Assembly (NCBI GenBank): GCA_024403275.1
Contig: JAKSSD010000006.1
Coordinates: 821-64,820 of the forward strand
Length of the DNA stretch: 64,000 nucleotides
From: Lachnospiraceae bacterium
GTDB lineage: Bacteria > Bacillota > Clostridia > Lachnospirales > Lachnospiraceae
Direction: 5' to 3'
The first letter of the stretch is position 1. Each line of letters opens with the position of its first letter. Of this stretch, positions 49,375 through 57,775 are shown in pieces. The translations under genes were made by a program, and so were the position numbers. Under the pieces are notes generated by a model. The model ran no database searches, was not told where the DNA came from, and worked only from the letters and a program-made list of their open reading frames with translations.

Positions 49375-49962
49375 ATGGGTAAAAAGAAACAACATGAATT
49401 AACATTTTATCAAAAAGAAAAGAAAATAAAGCCTAAACATTTTAAGTCCCTTTTCTGGATTATGTTTTCCATGGTAGCTGCTTCTTTTATTGCATTTGTT
49501 ATTGTGCTTGTTTTTGGTACAAGAACAACAGTTATAGGAGAAGGTATGGAACCAACCTTATATAATTCGCAGATGGTACTTATTAATAAGGCTTCATATA
49601 TATTGTTTCCACCTAAATCGGGAGATATAGTTGCATTTTATCCAAATGGTAACAAAAAGGCTCATTATTATTTAAAAAGAGTTGTTGCTGTTCCTGGTGA
49701 CCGAGTGGTTATTAAAGATGGACATTTATATGTAAATGATGAAATTTATAAGGATGAAGCCCAATATGATTATATTGAATTTGCTGGATTGGCTCAAAAT
49801 GAGCTTACTCTTCAGAAGAATGAATTTTTTATATTAGGTGATAACAGGAATTCATCAGAAGATTCCAGAGATGGTAATATAGGTCCTGTAAATAAGAATC
49901 AAATTGATGGCAGAGTTTGGTTTCATTTTAAATGCGAACAGGCTGATATGGGTTTTAATTAG
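49375..49962 (+). CDS. signal peptidase I-like protein with the catalytic Ser position occupied by Gly
   Basis: S26 fold: TM anchor, box B reads GEGMEPT instead of G-x-SM-x-PT, box D YLKRVVAVPGD (Lys retained), box E GDNRNSSEDSR. Confidence 0.8.
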   Translation: MGKKKQHELTFYQKEKKIKPKHFKSLFWIMFSMVAASFIAFVIVLVFGTRTTVIGEGMEPTLYNSQMVLINKASYILFPPKSGDIVAFYPNGNKKAHYYLKRVVAVPGDRVVIKDGHLYVNDEIYKDEAQYDYIEFAGLAQNELTLQKNEFFILGDNRNSSEDSRDGNIGPVNKNQIDGRVWFHFKCEQADMGFN

Positions 49963-49973
49963 AGGTAAAATAT

Positions 49974-50807
49974 ATGCAGATTCAGTGGTATCCAGGTCAT
50001 ATGACCAAGGCCAGAAGAATGATGGAAGAGAATATCAAGCTTATTGATTTGGTTATTGAGCTTATTGATGCAAGAGCACCACTTTCAACAAGAAATCCAG
50101 ATATTGATACTCTCGCAAAAAATAAATTCAGATTAATTCTTCTTAACAAATCAGATATGTCTGATAAGGCAGCTAATAAAGAATGGATTGAATATTTTAA
50201 AAATTTAAATATTACTTGTATAGAGATTAATTCAAGAAATGGTAATGGTGTTAAGAATCTTGATAAAACCATTCGTGAAGTGTGCAAGGAAAAAATCGAA
50301 AGAGATTTAAGAAGAGGCATTAAGAATCGTCCTATAAGATGTATGGTTGTAGGTATTCCAAATGTTGGTAAATCGACTTTTATTAATGCACTTGCAGGTA
50401 AAGCCTGTACAAAGACAGGAAATAAACCTGGTGTTACTAAAGGTAAACAATGGATTTCTATAAAAAAAGATCTTGAACTTCTCGATACTCCTGGTATTTT
50501 ATGGCCAAAATTTGAGGATGAGGAAATAGGAATTAAACTTGCTATTATTGGTTCTGTAAATGATGAGATTTTGGATATTTCAGAGCTTGCAGTTAATCTC
50601 ATAAGACTCCTTAAGGTTAAATATCCTGGTATTATTAACGATAAATATGGTATTGATGAGAACAATAGCGATTATGAGATTCTTGAAAATTATGCATCTG
50701 TTAGAAATCTGTTAAAGGCGGGTGGAGAATTTGATATTAACAGAGCTTCTAAGATGCTCGTAGATGATTTTAGAAATAATCGAATTGGTTATCTTACTTT
50801 GGATTAG
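49974..50807 (+). CDS. rbgA: ribosome biogenesis GTPase A (YlqF/RbgA)
   Basis: MQIQWYPGHMTKARR and circularly permuted GTPase motifs (LNKSD...GIPNVGKST...DTPG). Confidence 0.93.
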   Translation: MQIQWYPGHMTKARRMMEENIKLIDLVIELIDARAPLSTRNPDIDTLAKNKFRLILLNKSDMSDKAANKEWIEYFKNLNITCIEINSRNGNGVKNLDKTIREVCKEKIERDLRRGIKNRPIRCMVVGIPNVGKSTFINALAGKACTKTGNKPGVTKGKQWISIKKDLELLDTPGILWPKFEDEEIGIKLAIIGSVNDEILDISELAVNLIRLLKVKYPGIINDKYGIDENNSDYEILENYASVRNLLKAGGEFDINRASKMLVDDFRNNRIGYLTLD

Positions 50808-50818
50808 AGGTATTGTAA

Positions 50819-51361
50819 ATGAATGATAAATTAAAGGAAGTTCTTAAAATGAGCATCTACCTTTTAGTAGTTCTTCTTCTCTCATTGTTTATTGTTACAT
50901 TTATTGGACAGCGAACAATTGTAGATGGACCTAGCATGGAGGATACACTTTTTAATAATGATAATCTGGTAGTTGATAAGCTTACTTATAGATTTAAAGC
51001 TCCTAAGAGATTTGATGTTATTGTATTTCCTTATCAAAATGCAAAGAGAACATATTTTATTAAAAGAATTATTGCCCTTCCTGGTGAAACTATATATATC
51101 GATGGTGATGGAAATATTTTCATTGATGGTGAATTGTTAGAAGAAGAATATGGTACAGAAGTAACTAATTATGCAGGAAGAGCAGCTACTCCAATTACTT
51201 TAGGAGAAGATGAATACTTTGTTATGGGTGATAATCGTAATAATTCTACTGATTCTAGATTTGAAAGTGTTGGTAATATTAAGAAAAATAATATTATTGG
51301 CCGAGCATTTATAAGATTGTATCCATTTAATAAGATAGGTTTTGTTAAGAATATTAAATAA
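50819..51361 (+). CDS. lepB: signal peptidase I (canonical catalytic motifs)
   Basis: TM anchor, GPSMEDT (Ser box), FIKRIIALPGE (Lys box), GDNRNNSTDSR. Confidence 0.88.
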   Translation: MNDKLKEVLKMSIYLLVVLLLSLFIVTFIGQRTIVDGPSMEDTLFNNDNLVVDKLTYRFKAPKRFDVIVFPYQNAKRTYFIKRIIALPGETIYIDGDGNIFIDGELLEEEYGTEVTNYAGRAATPITLGEDEYFVMGDNRNNSTDSRFESVGNIKKNNIIGRAFIRLYPFNKIGFVKNIK

Positions 51362-51372
51362 ATGGTGATTGT

Positions 51373-52011
51373 ATGAGAGAATTGAAGGGCGAAAAGCTTG
51401 AAGCTGAATTAAAAAGGCTTGATGCCATGCATGAATATGAAAGAATGTATAGTGAGTATTCATATATTGGCGGAATAGATGAGGTTGGAAGAGGACCTTT
51501 TGCTGGACCTGTAGTTGCAGCATGCGTAATAATGCCGAAGGATTGCAACATTTTATATGTTAATGACTCTAAGAAAGTATCCGAAAAAAGAAGAGAAGAG
51601 TTATTTGATATAATAATGGATAAGGCAATTGCCGTTGGAATTGGTATCAAAGACAATGAGAGAATTGATGAAATCAATATTCTTCAGGCAACTTATGAAG
51701 CTATGCAGGATGCCATTAAGAAAATGGATATTAAACCTGATATTCTTTTAAATGATGCGGTTACTATTCCAAAGGTTGAAATCAAGCAGGTGCCTATTAT
51801 TAAAGGAGATGCCAAAAGCTTTACAATTGCCTGCGCAAGTATTGTAGCCAAGGTTACAAGAGACAGGATGATGTGTGAATATGACGCTATTTATCCTGGT
51901 TATGATTTTGCAAGCAATAAAGGATATGGTTCACAAAGACATATTGCTGGTTTAAAAGAATTAGGACCAACACCAATACATAGAAAAACGTTTATACATA
52001 ATTATATTTAG
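51373..52011 (+). CDS. rnhB: ribonuclease HII
   Basis: GIDEVGRGPFAGPVVAA, DSKK and ASIVAKVTRD motifs. Confidence 0.93.
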   Translation: MRELKGEKLEAELKRLDAMHEYERMYSEYSYIGGIDEVGRGPFAGPVVAACVIMPKDCNILYVNDSKKVSEKRREELFDIIMDKAIAVGIGIKDNERIDEINILQATYEAMQDAIKKMDIKPDILLNDAVTIPKVEIKQVPIIKGDAKSFTIACASIVAKVTRDRMMCEYDAIYPGYDFASNKGYGSQRHIAGLKELGPTPIHRKTFIHNYI

Positions 52012-52032
52012 GAAAATTCATGAGGAGGCTTT

Positions 52033-53769
52033 ATGGATAACATAAATTTAAATGTTCAAAACGTAAATGCCAACTCATTTCCTGGCAATTTACAATATTC
52101 GAATATTTCTAATCTCGATAATGCGGGATTGGATCTCTTAAAACAGATGGCTAACGGAGAAACTCTTCGTGGCACTGTTTCTGACATTTCTAATCAGGTC
52201 GCAACTATTTCTGTTGGCGACACAGTTATTAATGCTCGAATTAATCCAGATGTCAATTTAAATATAGGTCAGACTGTTGTATTTGAAGTTAGTAAGGATG
52301 GCTCTGATGAAATAGCTTTAAGAGCTTTATTTACGAACCTTGCTTCTGAAAATATAGCGAATAATGCCATTTCTCAGGCTGGAATTCCAACTAATAATAC
52401 TTCACTTGCACTTGTTTCAACACTAATGCAAGAGGGTATGAGTATTGATAAGGAATCTCTTTCTGCTGTTTATAGACAGATAATGGCGAATCCTAATATA
52501 GAACCAAGTGAGATTATTAATATGCAAAAGCTTGGACTTGAATTAAGTGCTGATAATATTGCAAGATTTGATGCAGTTCTTAATTTTGAGAACAAATTAT
52601 CAGATTCTATCGAAACTCTTATTAAGCAATTGCCTATGGAACTAAGTAATATGGCGGATTCTGATTTATCAGCATCCATTGATATGGCTAAGGATTTTAT
52701 AGGTTCTTCTTTGGAAGGTGAAACAGGCGTATTTATTTCTCTAGGAAATAATGGATTAGATAATGAGAATCTCATGGGTAATGAAGAGGGCGAGCTTTTA
52801 AATGAAAATGCTAATCCTGAGGGTAATGGTACAAGTCAGCTTTCCTCTGAAAACGCCCCAATTGCAGATAGTATTATTAAGGAAATAGCAGATGGAAACC
52901 TTTTAGATGGAGAACAGATTCAAATCGAAGTTCCAAAGCATCATTTAAGCGATGAAATAACTCTTACGAATAAGGATTTTGACTTTATTAATGGTCTTAC
53001 TTCAAAAGATAATGAAATCGCCAATTCTTTGATTGATAAATTATCAGATGGTCAGAAGGTTGATCTAGAAGATATTTTAAAGACTTTTGATTCTATTCTA
53101 AAAGACCCTGATATATCAGATCAGGATAAAGGCGCATTGATTAAATCAGCCTTGTTTAAAAATCTTCTTACAGATAAATTTAGTGAGAAGTGGCTTTTAG
53201 AGCCAGAAGAAATTAAGGATCCTGGAAAAATAAGTGATCATTACAATAAGCTTATTAACAATACAAATGATATTCTTGATTCTATGAGCAATGTCGTAAA
53301 GGGAAGTGATAATCTCACTAATTCCATTAATGGCTTCAGAGAAAATGTTCAGTTTTTACAGAATTTAAATGACTTAACCCCTTATGTACAGCTTCCTATG
53401 ATGCTAAATAATCAGTCTAATACTGGGGATTTATATGTATATGCCAATAAGAAAAATCTTTTGGCTCATAAGGATAATATATCAGCGGTTTTAAGACTTG
53501 ATATGCAAGCTCTTGGAATGATGGAAGTGTATATTAGATTAAATAATTCAACTAATGTTTCAACAGATTTTACCTTTGAAGATGAGGATGCTTTGAAATT
53601 TATTGAATTAAATATTGATAAATTAAATTCTAAATTAGAAAAATTAGGATACAATGTTACAAATAGCTTTAATACGAAGAGTTTTGCACCAGCTATGTTT
53701 TCAGGCGAAGATGAGAATAATGATAAAGGTGATGCTATTAGTTTTTACAGATTTGATGTGAGGGCATAA
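52033..53769 (+). CDS. hypothetical protein with a FliK-like (hook-length-control-like) C-terminal domain; YlqG-position protein
   Basis: 578 aa, Asn/Ser/Asp-rich. The C-terminal segment (GDLYVYANKK...AVLRLDMQALGMMEVYIRL...LNSKLEKLGYNV) resembles the FliK C-terminal fold pattern. It is followed by an FlhB-C-like gene, as in the B. subtilis ylqG-ylqH arrangement. GAGGAGG Shine-Dalgarno. Confidence 0.5.
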   Translation: MDNINLNVQNVNANSFPGNLQYSNISNLDNAGLDLLKQMANGETLRGTVSDISNQVATISVGDTVINARINPDVNLNIGQTVVFEVSKDGSDEIALRALFTNLASENIANNAISQAGIPTNNTSLALVSTLMQEGMSIDKESLSAVYRQIMANPNIEPSEIINMQKLGLELSADNIARFDAVLNFENKLSDSIETLIKQLPMELSNMADSDLSASIDMAKDFIGSSLEGETGVFISLGNNGLDNENLMGNEEGELLNENANPEGNGTSQLSSENAPIADSIIKEIADGNLLDGEQIQIEVPKHHLSDEITLTNKDFDFINGLTSKDNEIANSLIDKLSDGQKVDLEDILKTFDSILKDPDISDQDKGALIKSALFKNLLTDKFSEKWLLEPEEIKDPGKISDHYNKLINNTNDILDSMSNVVKGSDNLTNSINGFRENVQFLQNLNDLTPYVQLPMMLNNQSNTGDLYVYANKKNLLAHKDNISAVLRLDMQALGMMEVYIRLNNSTNVSTDFTFEDEDALKFIELNIDKLNSKLEKLGYNVTNSFNTKSFAPAMFSGEDENNDKGDAISFYRFDVRA

Positions 53770-53770
53770 T

Positions 53771-54049
53771 ATGAAACAGGTTAAAAGAAGACAGGCTATA
53801 GCCCTTGAATATGATCCAAATGAAGATAATGCGCCAAAGGTAATAGCTTCAGGAAAAGGAGCTTTGGCTGATAGAATTATAGATATGGCAAAGGATAATA
53901 AGATTCCCGTTCATAAGGATTCTAAGCTTGCTAATACTTTATCACGCCTTGAAATCGGCCAGGAGATTCCACCTGAATTATATGAAGTTGTGGCTGAGAT
54001 TCTTGTATTTGTTGATGCTATGGATAAGATTAGGGCCAAGCAGAAATAA
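53771..54049 (+). CDS. FlhB C-terminal-domain-like (EscU/YscU family) small protein, YlqH-like
   Basis: 92 aa, AIALEYDPNEDNAPKVIASGKGALADRIIDMAKDNKIPVHKD...LA..L...EIGQEIPPELYEVVAEIL matches the FlhB/YscU C-terminal region. Confidence 0.8.
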   Translation: MKQVKRRQAIALEYDPNEDNAPKVIASGKGALADRIIDMAKDNKIPVHKDSKLANTLSRLEIGQEIPPELYEVVAEILVFVDAMDKIRAKQK

Positions 54050-54060
54050 GAGGTGTATAT

Positions 54061-54414
54061 ATTAATAAAAGATCTATTGGAAGAGAATACGAAAATACTG
54101 CAAAAGAATATTTAATAGATAATGGTGTTAGAATAGTTGAACAAAATTTCTATTCTAAAAAAGGAGAGATTGACCTAATAGGATGGGACGATAAATATCT
54201 TGTGTTTTTTGAGGTTAAATTTCGAAGCAGTAATGAATATGGTTTAGCATATGAAGCCGTTAATTATAAGAAAATAAAAAACATATGCAGAGTATCAGAT
54301 TATTACAGATTAAAAAATAATATCAGGGAAGATGTATTTATAAGATATGATGTTATCTCAATAGAAGGAGAGAGGATTGACTGGATAAAAAATGCGTTTG
54401 ATTATACGAGATAA
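54061..54414 (+). CDS. yraN: YraN-family (UPF0102) endonuclease-like protein, predicted ATT start
   Basis: The frame is open from 54034. Translation from 54061 (INKRSIGREYENTAKEYLIDNGVRIVEQNFYSKKGEIDLIGWDDKYLVFFEVKFRS...) covers the whole conserved YraN N-terminus, including the GEIDLI and FVEVK-type motifs. The only canonical start (GTG 54202, ORF track) would delete these motifs. AAGAGGTG lies 5 nt upstream of ATT 54061. Confidence 0.65.
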   Translation: MNKRSIGREYENTAKEYLIDNGVRIVEQNFYSKKGEIDLIGWDDKYLVFFEVKFRSSNEYGLAYEAVNYKKIKNICRVSDYYRLKNNIREDVFIRYDVISIEGERIDWIKNAFDYTR

Positions 54415-54449
54415 AAAAATAAGCATCCTTTTTGGAATGCTTATTTTTT
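54413..54449. terminator. bidirectional rho-independent terminator
   Basis: AATAAGCATCC / GGAATGCTTATT stem (one bulge) flanked by an A-run and a T-run, between the convergent yraN (+) and the 127-aa gene (-). Confidence 0.75.
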
Positions 54450-54452
54450 ATA

Positions 54453-54833
54453 TTAGAATAATTTAAATACGTCCTTAAGAAATGCATCCATCTTTTCATC
54501 GGAGATGGTTTGTTCATAATTGATATTGTTATCAGTTTTAGGAAGTCTTGATACAATCTTGTCTTCCTTGGCAGATACCAAAGAGAAATCATCGAGTACT
54601 TCAGGCTCCTTACTGTTTAATACACCAATAGGAGTATATCTGCTATATGTAGCTGAAACAGGCTTGTTGGTAGAATTAGATATTGTAAGTGAATCAACAG
54701 GACCTTCCTTAACAGGCTGGATCTCTTTAAGTTTACTAGCTTCTACAACCTTATCTGCCTGCTTAATTGTATCTGCAGATAATCTTGAATACATATTAAA
54801 TTGTGAACTTAAATTATAAGCACCAATTTTCAT
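54453..54833 (-). CDS. hypothetical 127-aa protein
   Basis: ATG at 54833 with GAGGT Shine-Dalgarno (MKIGAYNLSSQFNMYSRLSADTIKQ...). No family recognised. The ORF-track start at 54875 has no Shine-Dalgarno. Confidence 0.55.
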   Translation of the reverse strand: MKIGAYNLSSQFNMYSRLSADTIKQADKVVEASKLKEIQPVKEGPVDSLTISNSTNKPVSATYSRYTPIGVLNSKEPEVLDDFSLVSAKEDKIVSRLPKTDNNINYEQTISDEKMDAFLKDVFKLF

Positions 54834-54899
54834 ATTAATTACCTCACATGATATATATCGAGTATTATAGCACAATCTTTAGTGATTTCCACTATTTTA

Positions 54900-54929
54900 T
54901 TGACATGATTTTTTTTCATTGTGTATAAT
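54900..54929 (+). promoter_or_regulatory. promoter TTGACA-18-TATAAT upstream of the PilZ gene
   Basis: TTGACA at 54900-54905, TATAAT at 54924-54929. Confidence 0.55.
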
Positions 54930-54952
54930 ATTAACATCTGGAGGGAATTATT

Positions 54953-55288
54953 ATGAATGAGAGACGTAAAACAAAGAGAATTGAACTTGATGCTAAGTTA
55001 TTTGTAAATAGACTGGATAAGCATGAAGAGGAAGAAGTAAATATAGATGTATATGATGTTTCTGTATCAGGTATCGGATTTAACTGTGATGAAGCTCTTA
55101 CTATTGGAGCTGTATATGATGCAGATTTGACACTTTGGACTAAAGATGTAATTCATGCATTTATTGAGATTGTTCGTATTATTAAGGTAGATGATACATT
55201 CCAGTATGGTGGTGTATTTATTGGTATGCCTGAGATGGATTTGAAGAGAATTGAAATTTACGATACAGTAGAAACACTTAGTAAATAG
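54953..55288 (+). CDS. stand-alone PilZ-domain (c-di-GMP-binding) protein
   Basis: RRKTKR (RxxxR) near the N-terminus and DVSVSGIG (D/NxSxxG) about 30 residues later; 111 aa. GGAGGG Shine-Dalgarno. Confidence 0.8.
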   Translation: MNERRKTKRIELDAKLFVNRLDKHEEEEVNIDVYDVSVSGIGFNCDEALTIGAVYDADLTLWTKDVIHAFIEIVRIIKVDDTFQYGGVFIGMPEMDLKRIEIYDTVETLSK

Positions 55289-55365
55289 TTATTATTGTAA
55301 ATATATACAATGAAATATACATAATATTGTATTTTTGTACAAATGTAACATAGAATCTTGTATAG

Positions 55366-55409
55366 TCAACCCGTATTTAGTAAAATATACTAAATGGGGT
55401 TGATTTTTT
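55366..55409 (+). terminator. rho-independent terminator after the PilZ gene
   Basis: Long interrupted stem TCAACCC-GT-ATTTAGTA / TACTAAAT-GG-GGTTGA followed by TTTTTT. Confidence 0.75.
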
Positions 55410-55471
55410 ATTTTGTTTTACAAAGTATTGGGGCTATTCGACTTCAAATAACAAATTCGGAGGGTTACAAC

Positions 55472-57562
55472 ATGAATATTTACACAACTGACAAAATACG
55501 AAACGTGTGTCTGTTAGGACATGGTGGTGCTGGTAAAACTTCACTTGCAGAGGCTATGGCATATCTTGCAGGACTTACATCTCGTATGGGTAAAGTTACT
55601 GATGGAAACACAGTAAGTGATTTTGGTAAAGAAGAGATTAAGAGACAGATTTCTGTTTCTACATCAATGATTCCGCTCGAGTGGAATGGATGCAAGATAA
55701 ATATACTTGATACTCCTGGATTTTTTGATTTTGTAGGTGAAGCAGAGGAAGCTGCTTCAGCAGCGGATGCAGCTATTATCGTTGTTTCAGGTAAAGCCGG
55801 AGTAGAAGTTGGTACTGAAAAGGCATGGGATATATGTGAGAAGTATAAACTTCCAAGAATGTTCTTTGTTACTGATATGGATATTGATAATGCATCATAT
55901 AGACAGGTTGTTGAAGATCTTACTGCTATGTATGGTAAGAAAATTGCTCCTTTCCATTTACCAATAAGAGAGAATGAGAAATTTGTCGGATATATTAATG
56001 TAATTGCAGAACAAGGTTACAGATGGGAAGGCAAGGAAGTTAAGGAATGTGAGATTCCTGAAGCTAATAAGGAATATCTTGAAAATTATAGAGAAACACT
56101 TATGGAAGCTGTTGCTGAATCAAGTGAAGATCTTATGGAAAGATATTTTGGTGGAGAGAAATTCTCTGAGAATGAAATTCGTCAGGCTTTAAGAGTATCT
56201 GTTAATGATGGAAGCATTATTCCTATTTCTATGGGTTCAAATATTCTCTGTCAGGGTATTTATACACTTATGGATGATATTGTTAAATACCTTCCAGGAC
56301 CAGATTCAAGACAGGTTGCTGGTATTGATTTGAAGACAAATGATATTTTTGAAGCTAATTATGATTTTGCAAAGACTAAATCAGCTTATATCTTTAAGAC
56401 AATTGTTGATCCATTTATTGGTAAATACTCAATGATTAAGGTTATGTCAGGTGTTCTTAAGACTGATGACCTTATGTTTAACGATGAGAAGCAGGTTGAA
56501 GAGAAGATTGGTAAGATTTATCTCTTACAGGGTAATAAACCAATTGAAGTATCTGAGCTTCATGCTGGTGATATTGGTGCTTTAGCTAAGATTACTGCGG
56601 CAAGAACTGGTAATACATTATCAACTAAGTCTCATATTATCAGATATGGTAAGGTTGATTTACCTAAGCCATATACATATAAGAGATATCATGCAGTTAA
56701 TAAGGGCGATGTAGATAAGATTGCTCAGTCATTACAGAAGATGATGCATGAGGATCAGACTCTTAAGGTAGTAAATGATGTTGAGAACAAGCAGACTCTT
56801 ATTTATGGTATGGGAGATATGCATCTAGAACTTGTTCAGTCAAGACTTGAAAATGAGTATAAAGTTAAGATTGATTTGACTAAGCCAAAGGTAGCTTTCA
56901 GAGAAACTGTTAAGAAGAAATCAGATGTTGAATATAAGTATAAGAAACAGTCTGGTGGTCATGGTCAGTATGGTCATGTAAAGATGAGATTTGAAAATTC
57001 AGGAAATCTTGAGGCTCCATATACATTTGAAGAAGAGGTTGTTGGTGGTGCAGTACCTAAGAACTATTTCCCAGCTGTTGAAAAAGGTCTTCAGGAATCA
57101 GTTCTCAGAGGACCACTTGCTGCATATCCAGTTGTTGGTATTAAGGCAACTTTATACGATGGTTCATATCATCCAGTAGATTCTTCTGAAATGGCATTTA
57201 AGATGGCAACAATTCAGGCCTTCAAGAAAGGTATTATGGAAGCATCTCCAATTCTTCTTGAGCCAATCGAAACTCTTAAGGTTACTGTACCAGATAAGTA
57301 TACAGGTGATATTATGGGTGACCTTAACAAGAGAAGAGGTCGTGTACTTGGAATGAATCCTACAGCTAATGGTAAGACAGTTATTGAAGCAGAGATTCCT
57401 ATGTTAAGCCTCTATGGATACTGTACAGATTTAAGATCTATGACTGGTGGACGTGGTGATTTTGAATATGAATTTGTAAGATACGAACAGACACCATCAG
57501 ATATCCAGGATGCTCAGGTTAAGGAAAGAGCAGAAAAGGTTGCTGAAAATAATATAGAATAA
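55472..57562 (+). CDS. elongation factor G paralog (EF-G2-like translational GTPase)
   Basis: IRNVCLLGHGGAGKTSL G1, DTPGFFDF G3, five-domain length (696 aa), located outside the str operon. GGAGGG upstream of ATG 55472. Confidence 0.88.
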   Translation: MNIYTTDKIRNVCLLGHGGAGKTSLAEAMAYLAGLTSRMGKVTDGNTVSDFGKEEIKRQISVSTSMIPLEWNGCKINILDTPGFFDFVGEAEEAASAADAAIIVVSGKAGVEVGTEKAWDICEKYKLPRMFFVTDMDIDNASYRQVVEDLTAMYGKKIAPFHLPIRENEKFVGYINVIAEQGYRWEGKEVKECEIPEANKEYLENYRETLMEAVAESSEDLMERYFGGEKFSENEIRQALRVSVNDGSIIPISMGSNILCQGIYTLMDDIVKYLPGPDSRQVAGIDLKTNDIFEANYDFAKTKSAYIFKTIVDPFIGKYSMIKVMSGVLKTDDLMFNDEKQVEEKIGKIYLLQGNKPIEVSELHAGDIGALAKITAARTGNTLSTKSHIIRYGKVDLPKPYTYKRYHAVNKGDVDKIAQSLQKMMHEDQTLKVVNDVENKQTLIYGMGDMHLELVQSRLENEYKVKIDLTKPKVAFRETVKKKSDVEYKYKKQSGGHGQYGHVKMRFENSGNLEAPYTFEEEVVGGAVPKNYFPAVEKGLQESVLRGPLAAYPVVGIKATLYDGSYHPVDSSEMAFKMATIQAFKKGIMEASPILLEPIETLKVTVPDKYTGDIMGDLNKRRGRVLGMNPTANGKTVIEAEIPMLSLYGYCTDLRSMTGGRGDFEYEFVRYEQTPSDIQDAQVKERAEKVAENNIE

Positions 57563-57644
57563 AGTACTTGAAAGCTTAGTCTCTTAAGATGCTTTTCTGT
57601 TAGATTTTCGTATTTGTTTTTTTATCCATTTTAGTTAAATTTAT

Positions 57645-57679
57645 ACCGATTGCTTTCTTTTTGAAGGCAATCGGTTTTT
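57645..57679 (+). terminator. rho-independent terminator after the EF-G paralog
   Basis: ACCGATTGCTTTC / GAAGGCAATCGGT stem followed by TTTTT. Confidence 0.8.
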
Positions 57680-57715
57680 AATTACACTGAACTAAAGACT
57701 ATTTGCCCATAATCA

Positions 57716-57744
57716 TTGACTTTTTAATATATGCTTATTAAAAT
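57716..57744 (+). promoter_or_regulatory. leuS promoter, TTGACT-17-TAAAAT
   Basis: TTGACT at 57716-57721, 17-nt spacer, TAAAAT at 57739-57744. The leader to the ATG is only about 30 nt. Confidence 0.65.
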
Positions 57745-57775
57745 TAATGGGTATGATTTTTTATTGGAGGCTAAT

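Noticed and set aside
49997-50665. 222-aa minus-strand ORF
   Set aside because: It lies entirely antisense to rbgA, which has unambiguous GTPase motifs. It is a Ser/Leu/Ile-rich shadow ORF.
55472-57562. EF-G-like gene as a Tet(M)/Tet(O)-type ribosomal protection (tetracycline resistance) gene
   Set aside because: Its length (696 aa) and N-terminus (GHGGAGKTSL, no MKIINIGILAHVDAGKTT pattern) fit EF-G2-type paralogs rather than the roughly 640-aa RPPs. There is no mobile-element context. A phylogeny would be needed to be certain.
781-57775. Longer N-terminal extensions given by the ORF track (starts at 781, 1237, 5405, 7386, 13891, 18102, 31559, 32473, 39498(-), 46008, 47833, 48901, 54875(-), 55394, 57731)
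   Set aside because: In each case an internal ATG with a good Shine-Dalgarno gives the family-typical N-terminus. The extension overlaps a terminator, promoter or the upstream gene.
57563-57775. Possible T-box leader upstream of leuS
   Set aside because: The interval is accounted for by the EF-G paralog terminator (57645-57679) and a TTGACT-17-TAAAAT promoter. That leaves a leader of only about 30 nt, with no specifier loop or T-box consensus sequence.
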